A stretch of DNA of 64,000 nt from a bacterium (GCA_043810165.1 JBDROJ010000019.1:17524-81523), one strand, 5' to 3'. Positions 28,070 to 38,592 are shown, numbered from the stretch's first letter. Notes: a model not told the origin generated them from the letters alone. Translations and numbers: made by a program.

Positions 28070-28930
28070 TTAACCTGCCAATTTTTTAATTAAATCACCG
28101 AGCTCTTCCTTTGAATAGTATTCAATCATAATCTTGCCCTTGTTAGCTTTTTGAGTAATAAGGACTTTTGTACCCAAGGCTGTACGTAGTTTGTCTTCCA
28201 AATAAATCAAATTTGGATCGCGACGATTACCGTGCTTTTTGCTATTAGCCACTTTATTTCCAACCGCCCTTTCCACCTCTCTTACAGTAATAGATTTACC
28301 CATCAGAGATGATAACATTTCCAATTGTTGCTGTTTATCTTTTAAACCAAGCAAGGCTCTAGCCTGTCCCATACTTATTTTTTTTTCAGTAAGAGCTTCT
28401 TTAATTTCTTCTGGCAAACCTAATAATCTTATAGAATTGGATATAGTACTTGGAGTTTTGCCTACTTTAGCAGATATCTCTTGCTGACTTAAACCAAACT
28501 CTTCAGATAAGCGACTATAAGCAAAAGCTTCTTCCAACGGAGTCAAATCTTCACGCTGAATATTTTCAATCAAAGCCACTTCCAATTTTTGCTGATCAGC
28601 CAATTTTTTAATGACAACCGGTATCTCAAGTAAACCTGCAATTTGACTAGCCCGCCATCTTCTTTCTCCAGATATCAATTCATAACCGCCATCAATTTTT
28701 TCACTCACTAAAACCGGCTGTAAAACTCCGTGTTCTTTAATGGATGTCGCTAATTCATCCAGTTCTCTTGGATTAAAATACTTTCTAGGCTGATCCGGGT
28801 TTGGCCCAACCGAACTAACTGGTATATTCCAGATTTTTTGTCCGTCCTGATCATCAATTTGACCTTTTTTAAGAGTACGGCGACTGGCAGATGTGGCAAT
28901 TAATGCTCCTAAACCTTTTCCTAAAGCCAT
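28070..28930 (-). CDS. parB: Chromosome partitioning protein ParB/Spo0J
   Basis: ParB box ISGERRWRAS and an HTH region. Confidence 0.85.
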   Translation of the reverse strand: MALGKGLGALIATSASRRTLKKGQIDDQDGQKIWNIPVSSVGPNPDQPRKYFNPRELDELATSIKEHGVLQPVLVSEKIDGGYELISGERRWRASQIAGLLEIPVVIKKLADQQKLEVALIENIQREDLTPLEEAFAYSRLSEEFGLSQQEISAKVGKTPSTISNSIRLLGLPEEIKEALTEKKISMGQARALLGLKDKQQQLEMLSSLMGKSITVREVERAVGNKVANSKKHGNRRDPNLIYLEDKLRTALGTKVLITQKANKGKIMIEYYSKEELGDLIKKLAG

Positions 28931-28950
28931 AGTAAATAATATAAAAAAAT

Positions 28951-29112
28951 AATTAATATTGTCATCGCCGACAAAGCATGCCTGTCATCGCGAGCGTTGT
29001 TTTCTTGTCATTGCGAGCGGTTCACTGTCATTGCGAGGAGCAAAGCGACGAAGCAATCTCGTGTTTCTATAGTGACGGGATTGCTTCGCTTACGCTCGCA
29101 ATGACAGACACA
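28951..29112. repeat. Nested palindromic repeat element, copy C
   Basis: cctgtcatcgcgagcg...cttgtcattgcgagcgg...ctgtcattgcgaggagcaaagcgacgaagcaatctcg[loop]gacgggattgcttcgcttacgctcgcaatgacag. Lies between parB and parA. Confidence 0.8.
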
Positions 29113-29154
29113 CCAAACTCGAAATAAATTTCTCAACCTTCTTTGTTCTATATT

Positions 29155-29922
29155 TTATCCTTCAAAATACTCTAGAAATTCTTTGCCTAGACGTTCATAA
29201 GCCTTAGCACCTTTGCCCTTGCGATCATAATGAAAAATGCTAGCACCATAACTGGGAGCTTCAGCCAAACGCACGGTGCGAGGTATTACTGAACGAAATA
29301 TACTGTCTGGAAAATACTTGTATAATTCGTTCATCACGTCAGATGATAAACGATTACGCTTATCAAACATAGTTAGAACCGCTCCGATTATGTTTAAACT
29401 CGGCTTTAATCCTTCCCTAATCATTTCAATGGTGCGCAATAATTGGCCAAGCCCTTCCAAAGCATAATATTCTGCCTGCACAGGAATTAAAAGATGGTCA
29501 GCCGCTATTAAACCGTTTAAGGTCAGAACACCCAAAGAAGGCGGACAATCTATTATGATATAATCATACGCATGGCTAACTTCACTAAGTATATCAGCTA
29601 ATCTATTTTCCCGATTTTCTTCGTTAACTAATTCCACGGCCGCTCCGGCCAAATCAGGTGTGGCCGGCACCACACGCAAGCCTTCGTGAGCAGTATTTTG
29701 CACTACATCATGCAAGCGAACCTGTCCGGCTATACTATGATATAGCCCTTTGTCCAGATTCTGATAATCAATTCCTAGACCGGAAGTGGCATTGCCTTGA
29801 GGATCCAGATCTACAAGCAACACAAACTTACCAGCTTCAGCCAAGGCCGAAGCCAGATTTATAGCAGTAGTGGTCTTACCCACTCCACCTTTTTGATTAA
29901 CAATCGCAATAATTTGTGACAT
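29155..29922 (-). CDS. parA: Chromosome partitioning ATPase ParA/Soj
   Basis: Deviant Walker A KGGVGKTTT. 255 aa. Confidence 0.85.
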   Translation of the reverse strand: MSQIIAIVNQKGGVGKTTTAINLASALAEAGKFVLLVDLDPQGNATSGLGIDYQNLDKGLYHSIAGQVRLHDVVQNTAHEGLRVVPATPDLAGAAVELVNEENRENRLADILSEVSHAYDYIIIDCPPSLGVLTLNGLIAADHLLIPVQAEYYALEGLGQLLRTIEMIREGLKPSLNIIGAVLTMFDKRNRLSSDVMNELYKYFPDSIFRSVIPRTVRLAEAPSYGASIFHYDRKGKGAKAYERLGKEFLEYFEG

Positions 29923-29961
29923 ATTTTATGCAGATATTATAACATAAATTCTCTGCAAAAA

Positions 29962-30957
29962 CTAATAAACCGTTAATAGAACAATCTCTGGCGGAGTGAA
30001 TAATCTAGCTCTGGTACCGGTTTCACCTGCTCCGCTAGTTACATACATGTCCAAACCATCATATTCAACCCAGCCTTGATGCCATTTACGCGGAATTACA
30101 TTATCCACCGGAATTATCGGCCCAATAAAAGGCAAGCGAACCTGTCCGCCATGAGTATGGCCTGACAGCATTAAATCAACATCATAACCGCTTACATCAA
30201 AAACAGCAACTGGATTATGAATTAAGGCGATAACCGGTAAATCCTTATTTTTAATTTTTAACACGCCCAAATCTAAATTCTGCGCCCAATAAGAATCACC
30301 TCCGAATAAATAAAAACTTTGATCGCCCACTGCAATCTCTTCCAGTTCATTAACCAAATACCTAACCCCTAATTCTTCCATGGCTTCTTTTGTATTCTGA
30401 CTCCAATCGGGCAAACGAAATTTGGAATCATATAATGAGGCATTATCACTCACGCCGTATTCATGATTGCCGTGCACCGCATAAACCGGAATCTGTTCAG
30501 CTAATTTCTGCAAAGGTTGCAAGTAAACAGTTTCATCTTTTCCATCTCCGGAATTATTAATATGATCACCGGCCATCAAAACCAAATCCGGCTTGAGCGA
30601 TAATATTTTTTTAACTACTTTATTAACTTGATCACTATCCCTATAAGGCCCAACTTGTATATCGGCCATCAACACAATTTTTATTGGCTTATTAATCTTT
30701 TTCAAGTCAATGCCCTCCTCTTTTACTAATAAGAATCTCGGCTCAATAAAACTTCCATACAAAACAATAACCGCGCCTGATAATAACAACAAAAAAAAAA
30801 TCAAAGATACTTTGCGACAATGATATTCCCAACTCTTGGGATCTTTTTGCCGGTGGTATAACAAAATAACTGCAGGCAGGGCAGTTGAGACAACTAATAT
30901 GGCTATTAAAGAATCAAAAAAAATGTTCATGCATAGTATTATAAATAATTTTGTCAT
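29962..30957 (-). CDS. Membrane-anchored calcineurin-like metallophosphoesterase
   Basis: Two N-terminal TM helices followed by GDHINNSGDG, GNHEY and GHTHGGQ metal-binding motifs. Confidence 0.7.
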   Translation of the reverse strand: MTKLFIILCMNIFFDSLIAILVVSTALPAVILLYHRQKDPKSWEYHCRKVSLIFFLLLLSGAVIVLYGSFIEPRFLLVKEEGIDLKKINKPIKIVLMADIQVGPYRDSDQVNKVVKKILSLKPDLVLMAGDHINNSGDGKDETVYLQPLQKLAEQIPVYAVHGNHEYGVSDNASLYDSKFRLPDWSQNTKEAMEELGVRYLVNELEEIAVGDQSFYLFGGDSYWAQNLDLGVLKIKNKDLPVIALIHNPVAVFDVSGYDVDLMLSGHTHGGQVRLPFIGPIIPVDNVIPRKWHQGWVEYDGLDMYVTSGAGETGTRARLFTPPEIVLLTVY

Positions 30958-30982
30958 TTTTGTCTAATGCAAATACACTCAC

Positions 30983-31014
30983 AAAAAAGCATCCCGACTA
31001 AGTCGGGATGCTTT
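30983..31014 (-). terminator. Rho-independent terminator downstream of 31031..32323 (minus strand)
   Basis: aaagcatcccgac-taa-gtcgggatgcttt hairpin. The T-run follows on the minus strand. Confidence 0.5.
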
Positions 31015-31030
31015 TAAATAATTTAACTAC

Positions 31031-32323
31031 TTATTTATCTTTTTCAACTTTGGAAAAACCTACAAAATTAGCGGATTCAGTTGAACGATCCGCGTTAATC
31101 TCTTGTCCTTCTATTCTTATTACCCTATCTTTGAGATTACCACGGTTGTCCAAATCAGTAGAATCGGCTCTACTTAATTGATTAGCCCTGGTGTCTAGGC
31201 CTTTGTCTTCAAGACCCCCACTAATCGGATCTGTATCCATAACACCAACATCAACTGTGTCATCTTCAAATTCTACGGGTTGAGTACTTCTCTGAACTTC
31301 TTGTTTCTTCGCTAATTCTCTCATACGATCTTCAATAGCCATGGCTTCATCTTCATCAGGGTTAGACTGTTTATCTATTTCTTTTTCAAATGGAGTTCGG
31401 TCATCTGGTAAAGGCCTCATACGATATGTTTTTCCATCATGTTCTAAATATCCTGGCTTTACATCAGTAATACCATCTGGTTGTGCGGGCATTTTATATT
31501 GCACGGGAGAGTGTTCAGGTAGGTCATCCGGTAATTCAGGGGCAGATTTACTTAAGCCTGCAACAAATACGAGAACGGCCGGCAAAAGAGCTACTCCAGA
31601 TATCACTTTATTTTTTCTGATAAAATCAAGCAAAGTCTGGCTGTCCATTTCTTCCAGATTTTCAATTTTTTGAACTCCAAATGATTTGGCCAGTAATTCT
31701 AAACTTTTTCTTGAAGTTTCCTTTTTGTATTTGAGAGATTTAAGCTCATCTAATATTTTAGCTCTCTCTTTCCTGGCAAAAAATACTCTAAACATGCCGA
31801 GTTTTTTCAATTCGGATGTTTTATTTGCTATCTGATTTTGGAATGTTTTAACCTCTTGGCTGATAGTAGACCAACTTTCTAAATTATCTTGAATTTTTTT
31901 AACCTGTTCTGTATATTCCTTTGTATATCTTTCATCATCTTCTGACATAACTACCTTGTTAACAGAACTTACTCCATGTTTTTTTTCATATTCCCCTCTG
32001 ATATATCCTGCACTTTCTTTGAACTGTTGTTTAATCTCCATATCTCTAATTTGCTCTGGCGAAAGCGTTGGGGGATATAAAGGCGGAGGAATCTCTTGCA
32101 ATAGGCTGGAATCTAATTCCTCAACTTCTTCTAGATCGCGGTCTTTTAAAGCAATAACGCCCTCTTCTGGTTCAACTATTTTAAGAGGATATGTTTTTTC
32201 TTGAGCTTGCGCAGCTTTTTTCTTTGCTTCTTCAGCTGCCAACCACACTATTTCTTTTTTGTTGTTTTCTTTATTCCCTAATTCTTGGGCTAAAGAATCA
32301 CTATTTACATGTTCAAAACTCAT
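31031..32323 (-). CDS. Hypothetical membrane-associated coiled-coil protein
   Basis: 430 aa, charged with a coiled-coil N-terminal half. A single TM (ISGVALLPAVLVFVAGL) sits mid-protein and the C-terminal region is acidic. Confidence 0.4.
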   Translation of the reverse strand: MSFEHVNSDSLAQELGNKENNKKEIVWLAAEEAKKKAAQAQEKTYPLKIVEPEEGVIALKDRDLEEVEELDSSLLQEIPPPLYPPTLSPEQIRDMEIKQQFKESAGYIRGEYEKKHGVSSVNKVVMSEDDERYTKEYTEQVKKIQDNLESWSTISQEVKTFQNQIANKTSELKKLGMFRVFFARKERAKILDELKSLKYKKETSRKSLELLAKSFGVQKIENLEEMDSQTLLDFIRKNKVISGVALLPAVLVFVAGLSKSAPELPDDLPEHSPVQYKMPAQPDGITDVKPGYLEHDGKTYRMRPLPDDRTPFEKEIDKQSNPDEDEAMAIEDRMRELAKKQEVQRSTQPVEFEDDTVDVGVMDTDPISGGLEDKGLDTRANQLSRADSTDLDNRGNLKDRVIRIEGQEINADRSTESANFVGFSKVEKDK

Positions 32324-32534
32324 ATTTTTAAAAATTATATTAAAATTACCTAAAAAGGTTGGATTTTGAAAAAAATTGGCTAATTTTAGCTAAATACATT
32401 TATATTATACCATAAAAAACCGGTTTTGTCAATGCCTTTGGCTAAAAATACAAAAACAGCCCGGTTTTAACCAAAGCTGCATGCTTTGATCCACACCTCA
32501 TATAGTGTCCACTTTTTGGGGTACAGTTCAATTG

Positions 32535-32616
32535 TGCCGCGGGAGGGAATCGAACCCTCATGAGTTGCCTCACACGATTTTGAGTCGTGCGCGTCTACCA
32601 ATTTCGCCACCACGGC
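32535..32616 (-). tRNA. tRNA-Leu, anticodon CAA (type II, long variable arm)
   Basis: GCCGTGG acceptor, D-arm GCGAAATTGGTAGACGC, anticodon loop CTCAAAA, long variable arm, T-arm GAGGGTTCGATTCCCTC. The 65-aa ORF 32467..32664 is its spurious translation. Confidence 0.65.
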
Positions 32617-32664
32617 ATATTCTATACGCCTACACAGTATAGAATAATTTTCTAATTTAGTCAA

Positions 32665-33969
32665 TTAAGGCTTTAACCTAGTAATAGTCCGCGGAAAAGG
32701 AATACACTCACGAATATGCTCTACCCCGGCTAACCAGCGCACAGTACGCTCTAGACCTATACCAAAGCCTGAGTGGGGCACACTACCGTATTTTCGTAGG
32801 TCCAAATACCATTGATAATCTTCAACTGGTAAATTCTCGTCTTTTATTCTCTGTAATAAAATTTCATGATCGTCTTCACGCTGACTACCCCCTATCAACT
32901 CGCCCGACCCTTCAGTGCCAATCAAGTCGTTATTCAAAACCAAATCCGAATTTTCCAAATCACGCTTCATATAAAATGGCTTAATATTTTTAGGCCAGCG
33001 TTCAATAAAGACAGGCACATCAGAACCTTTGGTTAACATGCCCTCGTCGTCATTGCCCAGGTCTTCACCGTGTTTAATATCAGAACCTAGTTCATTTAAT
33101 TTTTTGATAGTATCTTCATAAGTCAAGCGTGTAAATGGCTTATCCAAAACTTTTTTTAACGGCTCCATATCTCTTTCCATTATCTCAAATTCTGCCTGAC
33201 AATGCTCTAAACAATATTTGACAATGTGCTTCACCAACCCTTCTTGTATATCCATGTTTTCTTGGTGTTCAACAAAAGTAGCTTCAGCATCCATCATCCA
33301 AAATTCTGTTAAGTGACGCTTTGTCTTGCTTTTCTCGGCTCGAAAAGTAGGACCAAAATCATAACAACGTCCTACTGATGATATGGCCGCCTCAATATAT
33401 AGCTGGCCGGATTGAGATAGATAGGCTTCACCCAAATCAAAATACGGAACCGGGAATAAAGTGGTAGTTCCTTCGCAAGCATTGGGCGTAAAAATCGGCG
33501 AATCAACTTTGATGAAATCTTTCTGGTGCAGGTATTCATTAATGGCCATAATAACAGCATCGCGAATGCGTAAAATTGCCCATTGCTTTTTGCTACGCAA
33601 CCATAAATGACGATTTTCCATCAAAAAATCAGGACCATGTTCTTTTTTGGCAATCGGGTAATCATCAGCCAACTGAATAATCTTCAAACCACTAACCTGT
33701 AATTCATAAACACCTTCTTTTTTAGGGTGTTTAGTGACTAGGCCAGAAACTTCAACCGAAGATTCTTGGGCAACTTGTTCAACCACCTGCCAAATTAAAT
33801 CATCAACTTGATCTTTTACCACAACTCCTTGCACCCAGCCGAAGCCATCGCGCAATTGCAAAAAAGCAATTGAACCTGATGAACGCTTGTTGTACAACCA
33901 TCCTTTAATAACTACTTCTTTATCTATGTATTGCGATATATCTTTAATTAATACTTGCATAAGCTTCAA
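32665..33969 (-). CDS. asnS: Asparagine--tRNA ligase (class IIb)
   Basis: N-terminal OB-fold anticodon-binding domain. Class II motifs include FRAEKSKTKRHLTEFWMMDAEATF (AsnRS-type) and a C-terminal GFGIGLERTV. Confidence 0.75.
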   Translation of the reverse strand: MKLMQVLIKDISQYIDKEVVIKGWLYNKRSSGSIAFLQLRDGFGWVQGVVVKDQVDDLIWQVVEQVAQESSVEVSGLVTKHPKKEGVYELQVSGLKIIQLADDYPIAKKEHGPDFLMENRHLWLRSKKQWAILRIRDAVIMAINEYLHQKDFIKVDSPIFTPNACEGTTTLFPVPYFDLGEAYLSQSGQLYIEAAISSVGRCYDFGPTFRAEKSKTKRHLTEFWMMDAEATFVEHQENMDIQEGLVKHIVKYCLEHCQAEFEIMERDMEPLKKVLDKPFTRLTYEDTIKKLNELGSDIKHGEDLGNDDEGMLTKGSDVPVFIERWPKNIKPFYMKRDLENSDLVLNNDLIGTEGSGELIGGSQREDDHEILLQRIKDENLPVEDYQWYLDLRKYGSVPHSGFGIGLERTVRWLAGVEHIRECIPFPRTITRLKP

Positions 33970-34657
33970 TGTTAAATCTATTTATTTTTTTTTCACTATG
34001 ATATTGAATAAACTCATGAATTAATTCAAATATCTCTGGCTTGTTAATTAATTTATTTATTTCATCCCAATCACCGGTAATCTTTTGCAGATAATTGTAC
34101 TGCCCACGATTCAAGGCAACGACTGCTTGAGATTGCTTGCATTCTCCACAAACCACCCCTCCACCCAAGATACTAAAACCAACAAAATTTCCTGTTGTGC
34201 CACACTCAATACAATTTTCCAAATCCATTTGAAATCCTAAAATTTTAAACAACTGTATAATAAAACCAAAAATCAAACTTTCACATACCGTATCATTCCT
34301 CTCCAAAAAACACAACCAGTCAAACAATATAAAGAATACTTCTTGGTCTTTTTCTCCTACACTGACCAATTTATCCACTAATTTTACTACATAATCAACC
34401 ATCAAAATTTTTTTCAAATCTTTCCTGCTATTTTTAAATAATTCTAATGGTTGTACTTTGGTTAAATGATCGACCTCTTTTCCCTTGGCGATTTCTATTT
34501 CGACTAACGCGCCTGGCAATAAATTGCCCGAATTCTTGCTAGTTATTTTCTTTACCCCTTTGGCTAATAAATCCAGCTTGCCAAGGTCTTTGGTATAAAA
34601 AGAAATAATCTGATCCACCTCTCTAAAATCTCTGCGAGTCAAAACTAAAGCCTGCAT
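33944..34657 (-). CDS. recO: DNA repair protein RecO
   Basis: N-terminal OB fold (MQALVLTRRDFREVDQIISFYT) and a C-terminal Cys4 zinc motif (CIECG...CGEC). Confidence 0.65.
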   Translation of the reverse strand: MQALVLTRRDFREVDQIISFYTKDLGKLDLLAKGVKKITSKNSGNLLPGALVEIEIAKGKEVDHLTKVQPLELFKNSRKDLKKILMVDYVVKLVDKLVSVGEKDQEVFFILFDWLCFLERNDTVCESLIFGFIIQLFKILGFQMDLENCIECGTTGNFVGFSILGGGVVCGECKQSQAVVALNRGQYNYLQKITGDWDEINKLINKPEIFELIHEFIQYHSEKKINRFNIEAYASIN

Positions 34658-34660
34658 AAA

Positions 34661-35905
34661 TTACAAAAATGATGATATCAATAATACAACAGTGGCAAAT
34701 ATTATCCCAATAATAGTAAGCCAAGCAATGGCGTTGAATATTGGCTTGTTGGTATAATCGCCCATTATCTTCTTGTTATTGATAATCTTCATCACAAAAA
34801 TTAAAATCACTGGCAATAAAATTCCATTCACATCCTGTGACAATATCATCACCTTAATTAAAGGGATAGCCGGAATTAAAACCAGTATAGCCGGAATGAT
34901 TATGGCAATGGCAATGATGGTATAAAATTCTTTAGCTTTATCCCAACCAATATTAAAACCATATTCCCAGCCAAAAGCCTCGCAGATAGCATAGGCTGTG
35001 GCCGCCGGCAATATGAATGCTCCCAACATGGAAGCTGCGAACAAACCAAAACCAAATAATATTTCAGAAAAATGGCCGGCTATTGGTTTTAAAGCAATGG
35101 CGGCATCTTTGGCGCTTTCAATACTAATTCCGTGCTTATATAATGTGGCGGTAGCACTAATAATTATAAAAAAGCTTACAAGATTAGTAATCAGAGCACC
35201 CACAAATACCTCCCCCTTTTCCACCTTATAATGTTTAATGTCCAAACCTTTATCAACCACATATGATTGTATAAAAAATTGTCCCCAAGGTGTAATAGTA
35301 GTACCAATCAAAGCCATCAAAGTAATAAAATACGGATAAGTAAAATCCATGGTCGGATGAACTAGATCATCCAAAGCTTGGCCAAAATCAGGATTAACTA
35401 AAAAGCCATTAATAATATAGACAATATAAAAAGCGGAAAAAATTAAAAATACTCTTTGAGTGGCTTTAAATGACCCTTTGGACAAAACCAGCCAAACAAT
35501 TAAAGCCCCTATTGGAACAGTGATGTATTTGCTAACTCCAAATAATTCAAGAGAGGCGCCAATACCAGCAAATTCAGCTGATATTGTACCCAGATTAGCT
35601 ATTAACAAAGCAATCATGGCAAAAGCAGTCCAACGAATACCAAAAACTTCTCTAATCACCCCGCCCAATCCCTGCCTGGTTCGCAAACCGATTCGCACAC
35701 CCATCTCTTGCGTAACAGCCAAAGAAAAAGTGAGCAAAAATAATACCCAGAGCATTCGCGTGCCAAATTCTGCACCCACCACCGAATAAGTGCTGATGCC
35801 ACCAGCATCATTATCAGCATTGGCTGCAATTATTCCCGGGCCAATAATACTAAAGAAAATAATAATTCTGGCCCAAAGATATTTTATACCTTTCTTCTTA
35901 ACCAT
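34661..35905 (-). CDS. mntH: NRAMP-family divalent metal (Mn2+/Fe2+) transporter
   Basis: GPGIIAANADNDAGGISTYS (the Nramp DPGN-type motif) and ~11 TM helices. Confidence 0.8.
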   Translation of the reverse strand: MVKKKGIKYLWARIIIFFSIIGPGIIAANADNDAGGISTYSVVGAEFGTRMLWVLFLLTFSLAVTQEMGVRIGLRTRQGLGGVIREVFGIRWTAFAMIALLIANLGTISAEFAGIGASLELFGVSKYITVPIGALIVWLVLSKGSFKATQRVFLIFSAFYIVYIINGFLVNPDFGQALDDLVHPTMDFTYPYFITLMALIGTTITPWGQFFIQSYVVDKGLDIKHYKVEKGEVFVGALITNLVSFFIIISATATLYKHGISIESAKDAAIALKPIAGHFSEILFGFGLFAASMLGAFILPAATAYAICEAFGWEYGFNIGWDKAKEFYTIIAIAIIIPAILVLIPAIPLIKVMILSQDVNGILLPVILIFVMKIINNKKIMGDYTNKPIFNAIAWLTIIGIIFATVVLLISSFL

Positions 35906-36870
35906 CTTAAAAATTTATATAAAAAATACTTATTTTTATTGATAACCACATCACAAGTGCCTGGACTCTGAATAATTTCTCCGCCAAATCCTAATTTAAA
36001 TCTGGTTACTCCGGCATATTGATGATTCTTGTTATAATTTTGGTCTTGATCCAAAGGAGCGATCCCAAAAAAATCATAATATTTGCACTGGGCTTGCTTT
36101 GCCTTCTTTATGCCCAGCCATTGCAATAAATATGGAGCCATTAATTTACGATGTTCATAATCAGAAGCGCCGTACAGGTAAGTGAACATATTGCCGAAAC
36201 TCGTAAATACGCTACTGGCTATAATCTTGCCTTCATATTCAATTGATATCTGATGGCTCAAATCAGAATTTAAAACTTCTTGGTAGCGCTGTTTGGGATG
36301 CAGTCGAAATCCATCGCGCTTGGCTGTTTCTTCAGACAGATTAATAAAACTATCCGGATCTTTTTTTTCAATTATTTTTAATGCCTTGCGCTCGGCCAAA
36401 CCGATATTGTATCTGGTCTTGGATTTCATTGCCTGTAAAATCTCGTGTTCAGGCCTGCTAATATCCAAAATCACGGTAGCGCGAGGCGTAGTATCTAAAG
36501 TTTTAACAACTTGAAAATCTATATTTTCTAAAGGATGAGGTAATTCAACTCTAAAAAAACTACAACCTTGCTCTTTAATATATTCTATCAGGCAATTAAA
36601 CGCCTGATAATTAAAGACTGAATGAGCTGAACCGCTAACCGGTCCTTTGGCGCAAAATGCATATTTTAAGCCAAAAGGAAGTCGCTGATAGACAATCTGG
36701 CCTCGCATGGCTATGCCAGTGCCGTCATCCACGGATAATCTTTGCACTTTTTTGCTTTCGGCTAACAAAATATCTCCCCATGCCCAGGATTGGATAAAAT
36801 TCCCATGCTGGCTATTGGCTTTCAGCCAGTTATCCCAATCTGATTTTTGTTCTATTCTGTTAATTTTCAT
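35884..36870 (-). CDS. FemAB-family peptidoglycan interpeptide-bridge aminoacyltransferase
   Basis: 328 aa with FemAB-like N- and C-terminal GNAT-fold halves (WGDILL...KGPV...; FGNMFTYLYGASD). Confidence 0.55.
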   Translation of the reverse strand: MKINRIEQKSDWDNWLKANSQHGNFIQSWAWGDILLAESKKVQRLSVDDGTGIAMRGQIVYQRLPFGLKYAFCAKGPVSGSAHSVFNYQAFNCLIEYIKEQGCSFFRVELPHPLENIDFQVVKTLDTTPRATVILDISRPEHEILQAMKSKTRYNIGLAERKALKIIEKKDPDSFINLSEETAKRDGFRLHPKQRYQEVLNSDLSHQISIEYEGKIIASSVFTSFGNMFTYLYGASDYEHRKLMAPYLLQWLGIKKAKQAQCKYYDFFGIAPLDQDQNYNKNHQYAGVTRFKLGFGGEIIQSPGTCDVVINKNKYFLYKFLRWLRRKV

Positions 36871-37028
36871 AAGCCAAGATTAGACTACAAACACGCGTTC
36901 GTGGCTATTTTACCTTATTTAATAAAAAAGATCAATGTTCAATTCGGTCTAAACCAAGGCTTAAACCAGTCTTGCCAAATATAAAATTCTATGATAGCAT
37001 ACTACCATTATATTTAGTTATTAATTAA

Positions 37029-37235
37029 TTGATTATGTCAGTCCCATCCCAACGCAGAAACTCATCTTGCAAAAAAAGAAGGGCTTCACACCATGCCTTG
37101 AAGGAGATAGGCCAACAAACTTGTCCTAAATGTAAAAAACCGGTTCGACCGCATCGCGCTTGTTCTAACTGTGGCACCTATAAGGGCAAAACAGTAGTTG
37201 ATACAAGGAAAAAAATAAAAAAGGCTGTTAAATAA
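37029..37235 (+). CDS. rpmF: 50S ribosomal protein L32
   Basis: [21 protein letters not shown]...[22 protein letters not shown] (Zn-ribbon bL32). The true start may be the second or third Met. Confidence 0.85.
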   Translation: MIMSVPSQRRNSSCKKRRASHHALKEIGQQTCPKCKKPVRPHRACSNCGTYKGKTVVDTRKKIKKAVK

Positions 37236-37242
37236 AAGTATT

Positions 37243-37671
37243 ATGTCTAGCCGTCACCTAGCTCGATCCATTGCCATGCAAACTTTGTTTGAATGGGATT
37301 TTCGAGAACAATCACAGGATGAGCTAAAAAATATTCTCGAGCATAATATTAAAGAATTTGGTGCCGGTTTTAGTGAAGATGACTTTATTCAAGAAATTGT
37401 AAAAGGAGTAATTAAGAACCAAGAACAATTGGACAAATTAATTATAGAATACGCCCCTCAATGGCCTATTGACCAAATAACAATAGTTGATCGCAATGTT
37501 TTGCGCATAGGCATATATGAATTAAAATTTGCCGACCAAGAAATACCTCCTAAAGTTGCCATAAATGAAGCGATTGAAATGGCCAAAAATTATGGCGGTC
37601 CTGCTTCAGGCAAATTTGTTAATGGAGTGCTGGGCGCAGTATATAATGATATGAAGAAAAAAGAAAAATAA
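37243..37671 (+). CDS. nusB: Transcription antitermination factor NusB
   Basis: [14 protein letters not shown]... all-helical, 142 aa. Confidence 0.8.
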   Translation: MSSRHLARSIAMQTLFEWDFREQSQDELKNILEHNIKEFGAGFSEDDFIQEIVKGVIKNQEQLDKLIIEYAPQWPIDQITIVDRNVLRIGIYELKFADQEIPPKVAINEAIEMAKNYGGPASGKFVNGVLGAVYNDMKKKEK

Positions 37672-37672
37672 T

Positions 37673-38455
37673 ATGACAAATCTAAGCGAACAAACATTGT
37701 CTCGTCCTGACGTGCAAGCAAAACAGTTTGAGAATTTGGAAGAAAAAATTGGCGTCAATTTTGAGCACCCTGAATATCTGGTACAAGCTTTTGTACATCG
37801 CTCTTATTTAAATGAAAACCGAGATTTCCCTCTGGGCCACAACGAACGGCTTGAGTTTTTAGGCGATGCTGTGCTGGAATTAGTTGTAACTGAATATCTA
37901 TTTAACGAATACGGCAACCCTGAAGGAGAATTAACTAATTGGCGAGCCGCTTTAGTCAATGCTAAAATGCTTGCCAGTGTGGCTCATGAAATTGGTTTTG
38001 AAGAATACCTATTTTTAAGTCATGGCGAATCCAAAGATGCAGGAACCAAAGCTCGCGACTATATTTTAGCCAACACCATGGAAGCGTTGATAGGAGCAAT
38101 TTATGTTGATCAGGGATATGGGATGTCTCAACAATTTTTAGCTCGCTGGATATTACCAAAGCTACCATACATTTTAGAAAATGGATTATACATGGATGCA
38201 AAAAGCCGATTTCAAGAATCAGCTCAAGAACATATTGGCTTTACACCTACCTATAAAGTACTGAATGAACATGGCCCTGATCATATGAAGTCCTTTAAAG
38301 TAGGCTTGTTTTTAGAAAAAGAATTAATAGCTTCAGGAGAAGGAACCAGCAAGCAAGAGGCTCAAACAGAAGCGGCTGAAGCAGGATTAAAAGTCAAAAA
38401 ATGGAAAGGTCCGACGGTTAATGTTATCAGGAAAAGCCCTGAAGATCCCATATAG
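37673..38455 (+). CDS. rnc: Ribonuclease III
   Basis: Signature ERLEFLGDAVLELVVTEYLF and a C-terminal dsRBD. Confidence 0.9.
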   Translation: MTNLSEQTLSRPDVQAKQFENLEEKIGVNFEHPEYLVQAFVHRSYLNENRDFPLGHNERLEFLGDAVLELVVTEYLFNEYGNPEGELTNWRAALVNAKMLASVAHEIGFEEYLFLSHGESKDAGTKARDYILANTMEALIGAIYVDQGYGMSQQFLARWILPKLPYILENGLYMDAKSRFQESAQEHIGFTPTYKVLNEHGPDHMKSFKVGLFLEKELIASGEGTSKQEAQTEAAEAGLKVKKWKGPTVNVIRKSPEDPI

Positions 38456-38487
38456 CGAGCAGTCCAATCTTCCAAATTAAGATATGC

Positions 38488-38560
38488 GGGTCGCTAGCTC
38501 AGCTGGTAGAGCAGATCCCTCTTAAGGATAAGGTCCAGGGTTCGAATCCCTGGCGACCCA
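38488..38560 (+). tRNA. tRNA-Lys, anticodon CTT
   Basis: GGGTCGC/GCGACCC acceptor, D-arm GCTCAGCTGGTAGAGC, anticodon loop CTCTTAA, T-arm CAGGGTTCGAATCCCTG. Confidence 0.65.
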
Positions 38561-38564
38561 CAAA

Positions 38565-38592
38565 AATACCGGCTAGTAAGCCGGTATTTTAT
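38565..38592. terminator. Bidirectional rho-independent terminator
   Basis: ataccggc-tagtaa-gccggtat hairpin with T/A runs on both sides. Lies between tRNA-Lys and the convergent gene ending at 38598. Confidence 0.5.

Noticed and set aside
32467-32664. 65-aa ORF overlapping tRNA-Leu(CAA)
   Set aside because: Classic spurious ORF through a tRNA-Leu (…AVVAKLVDAHDSKSCE…).
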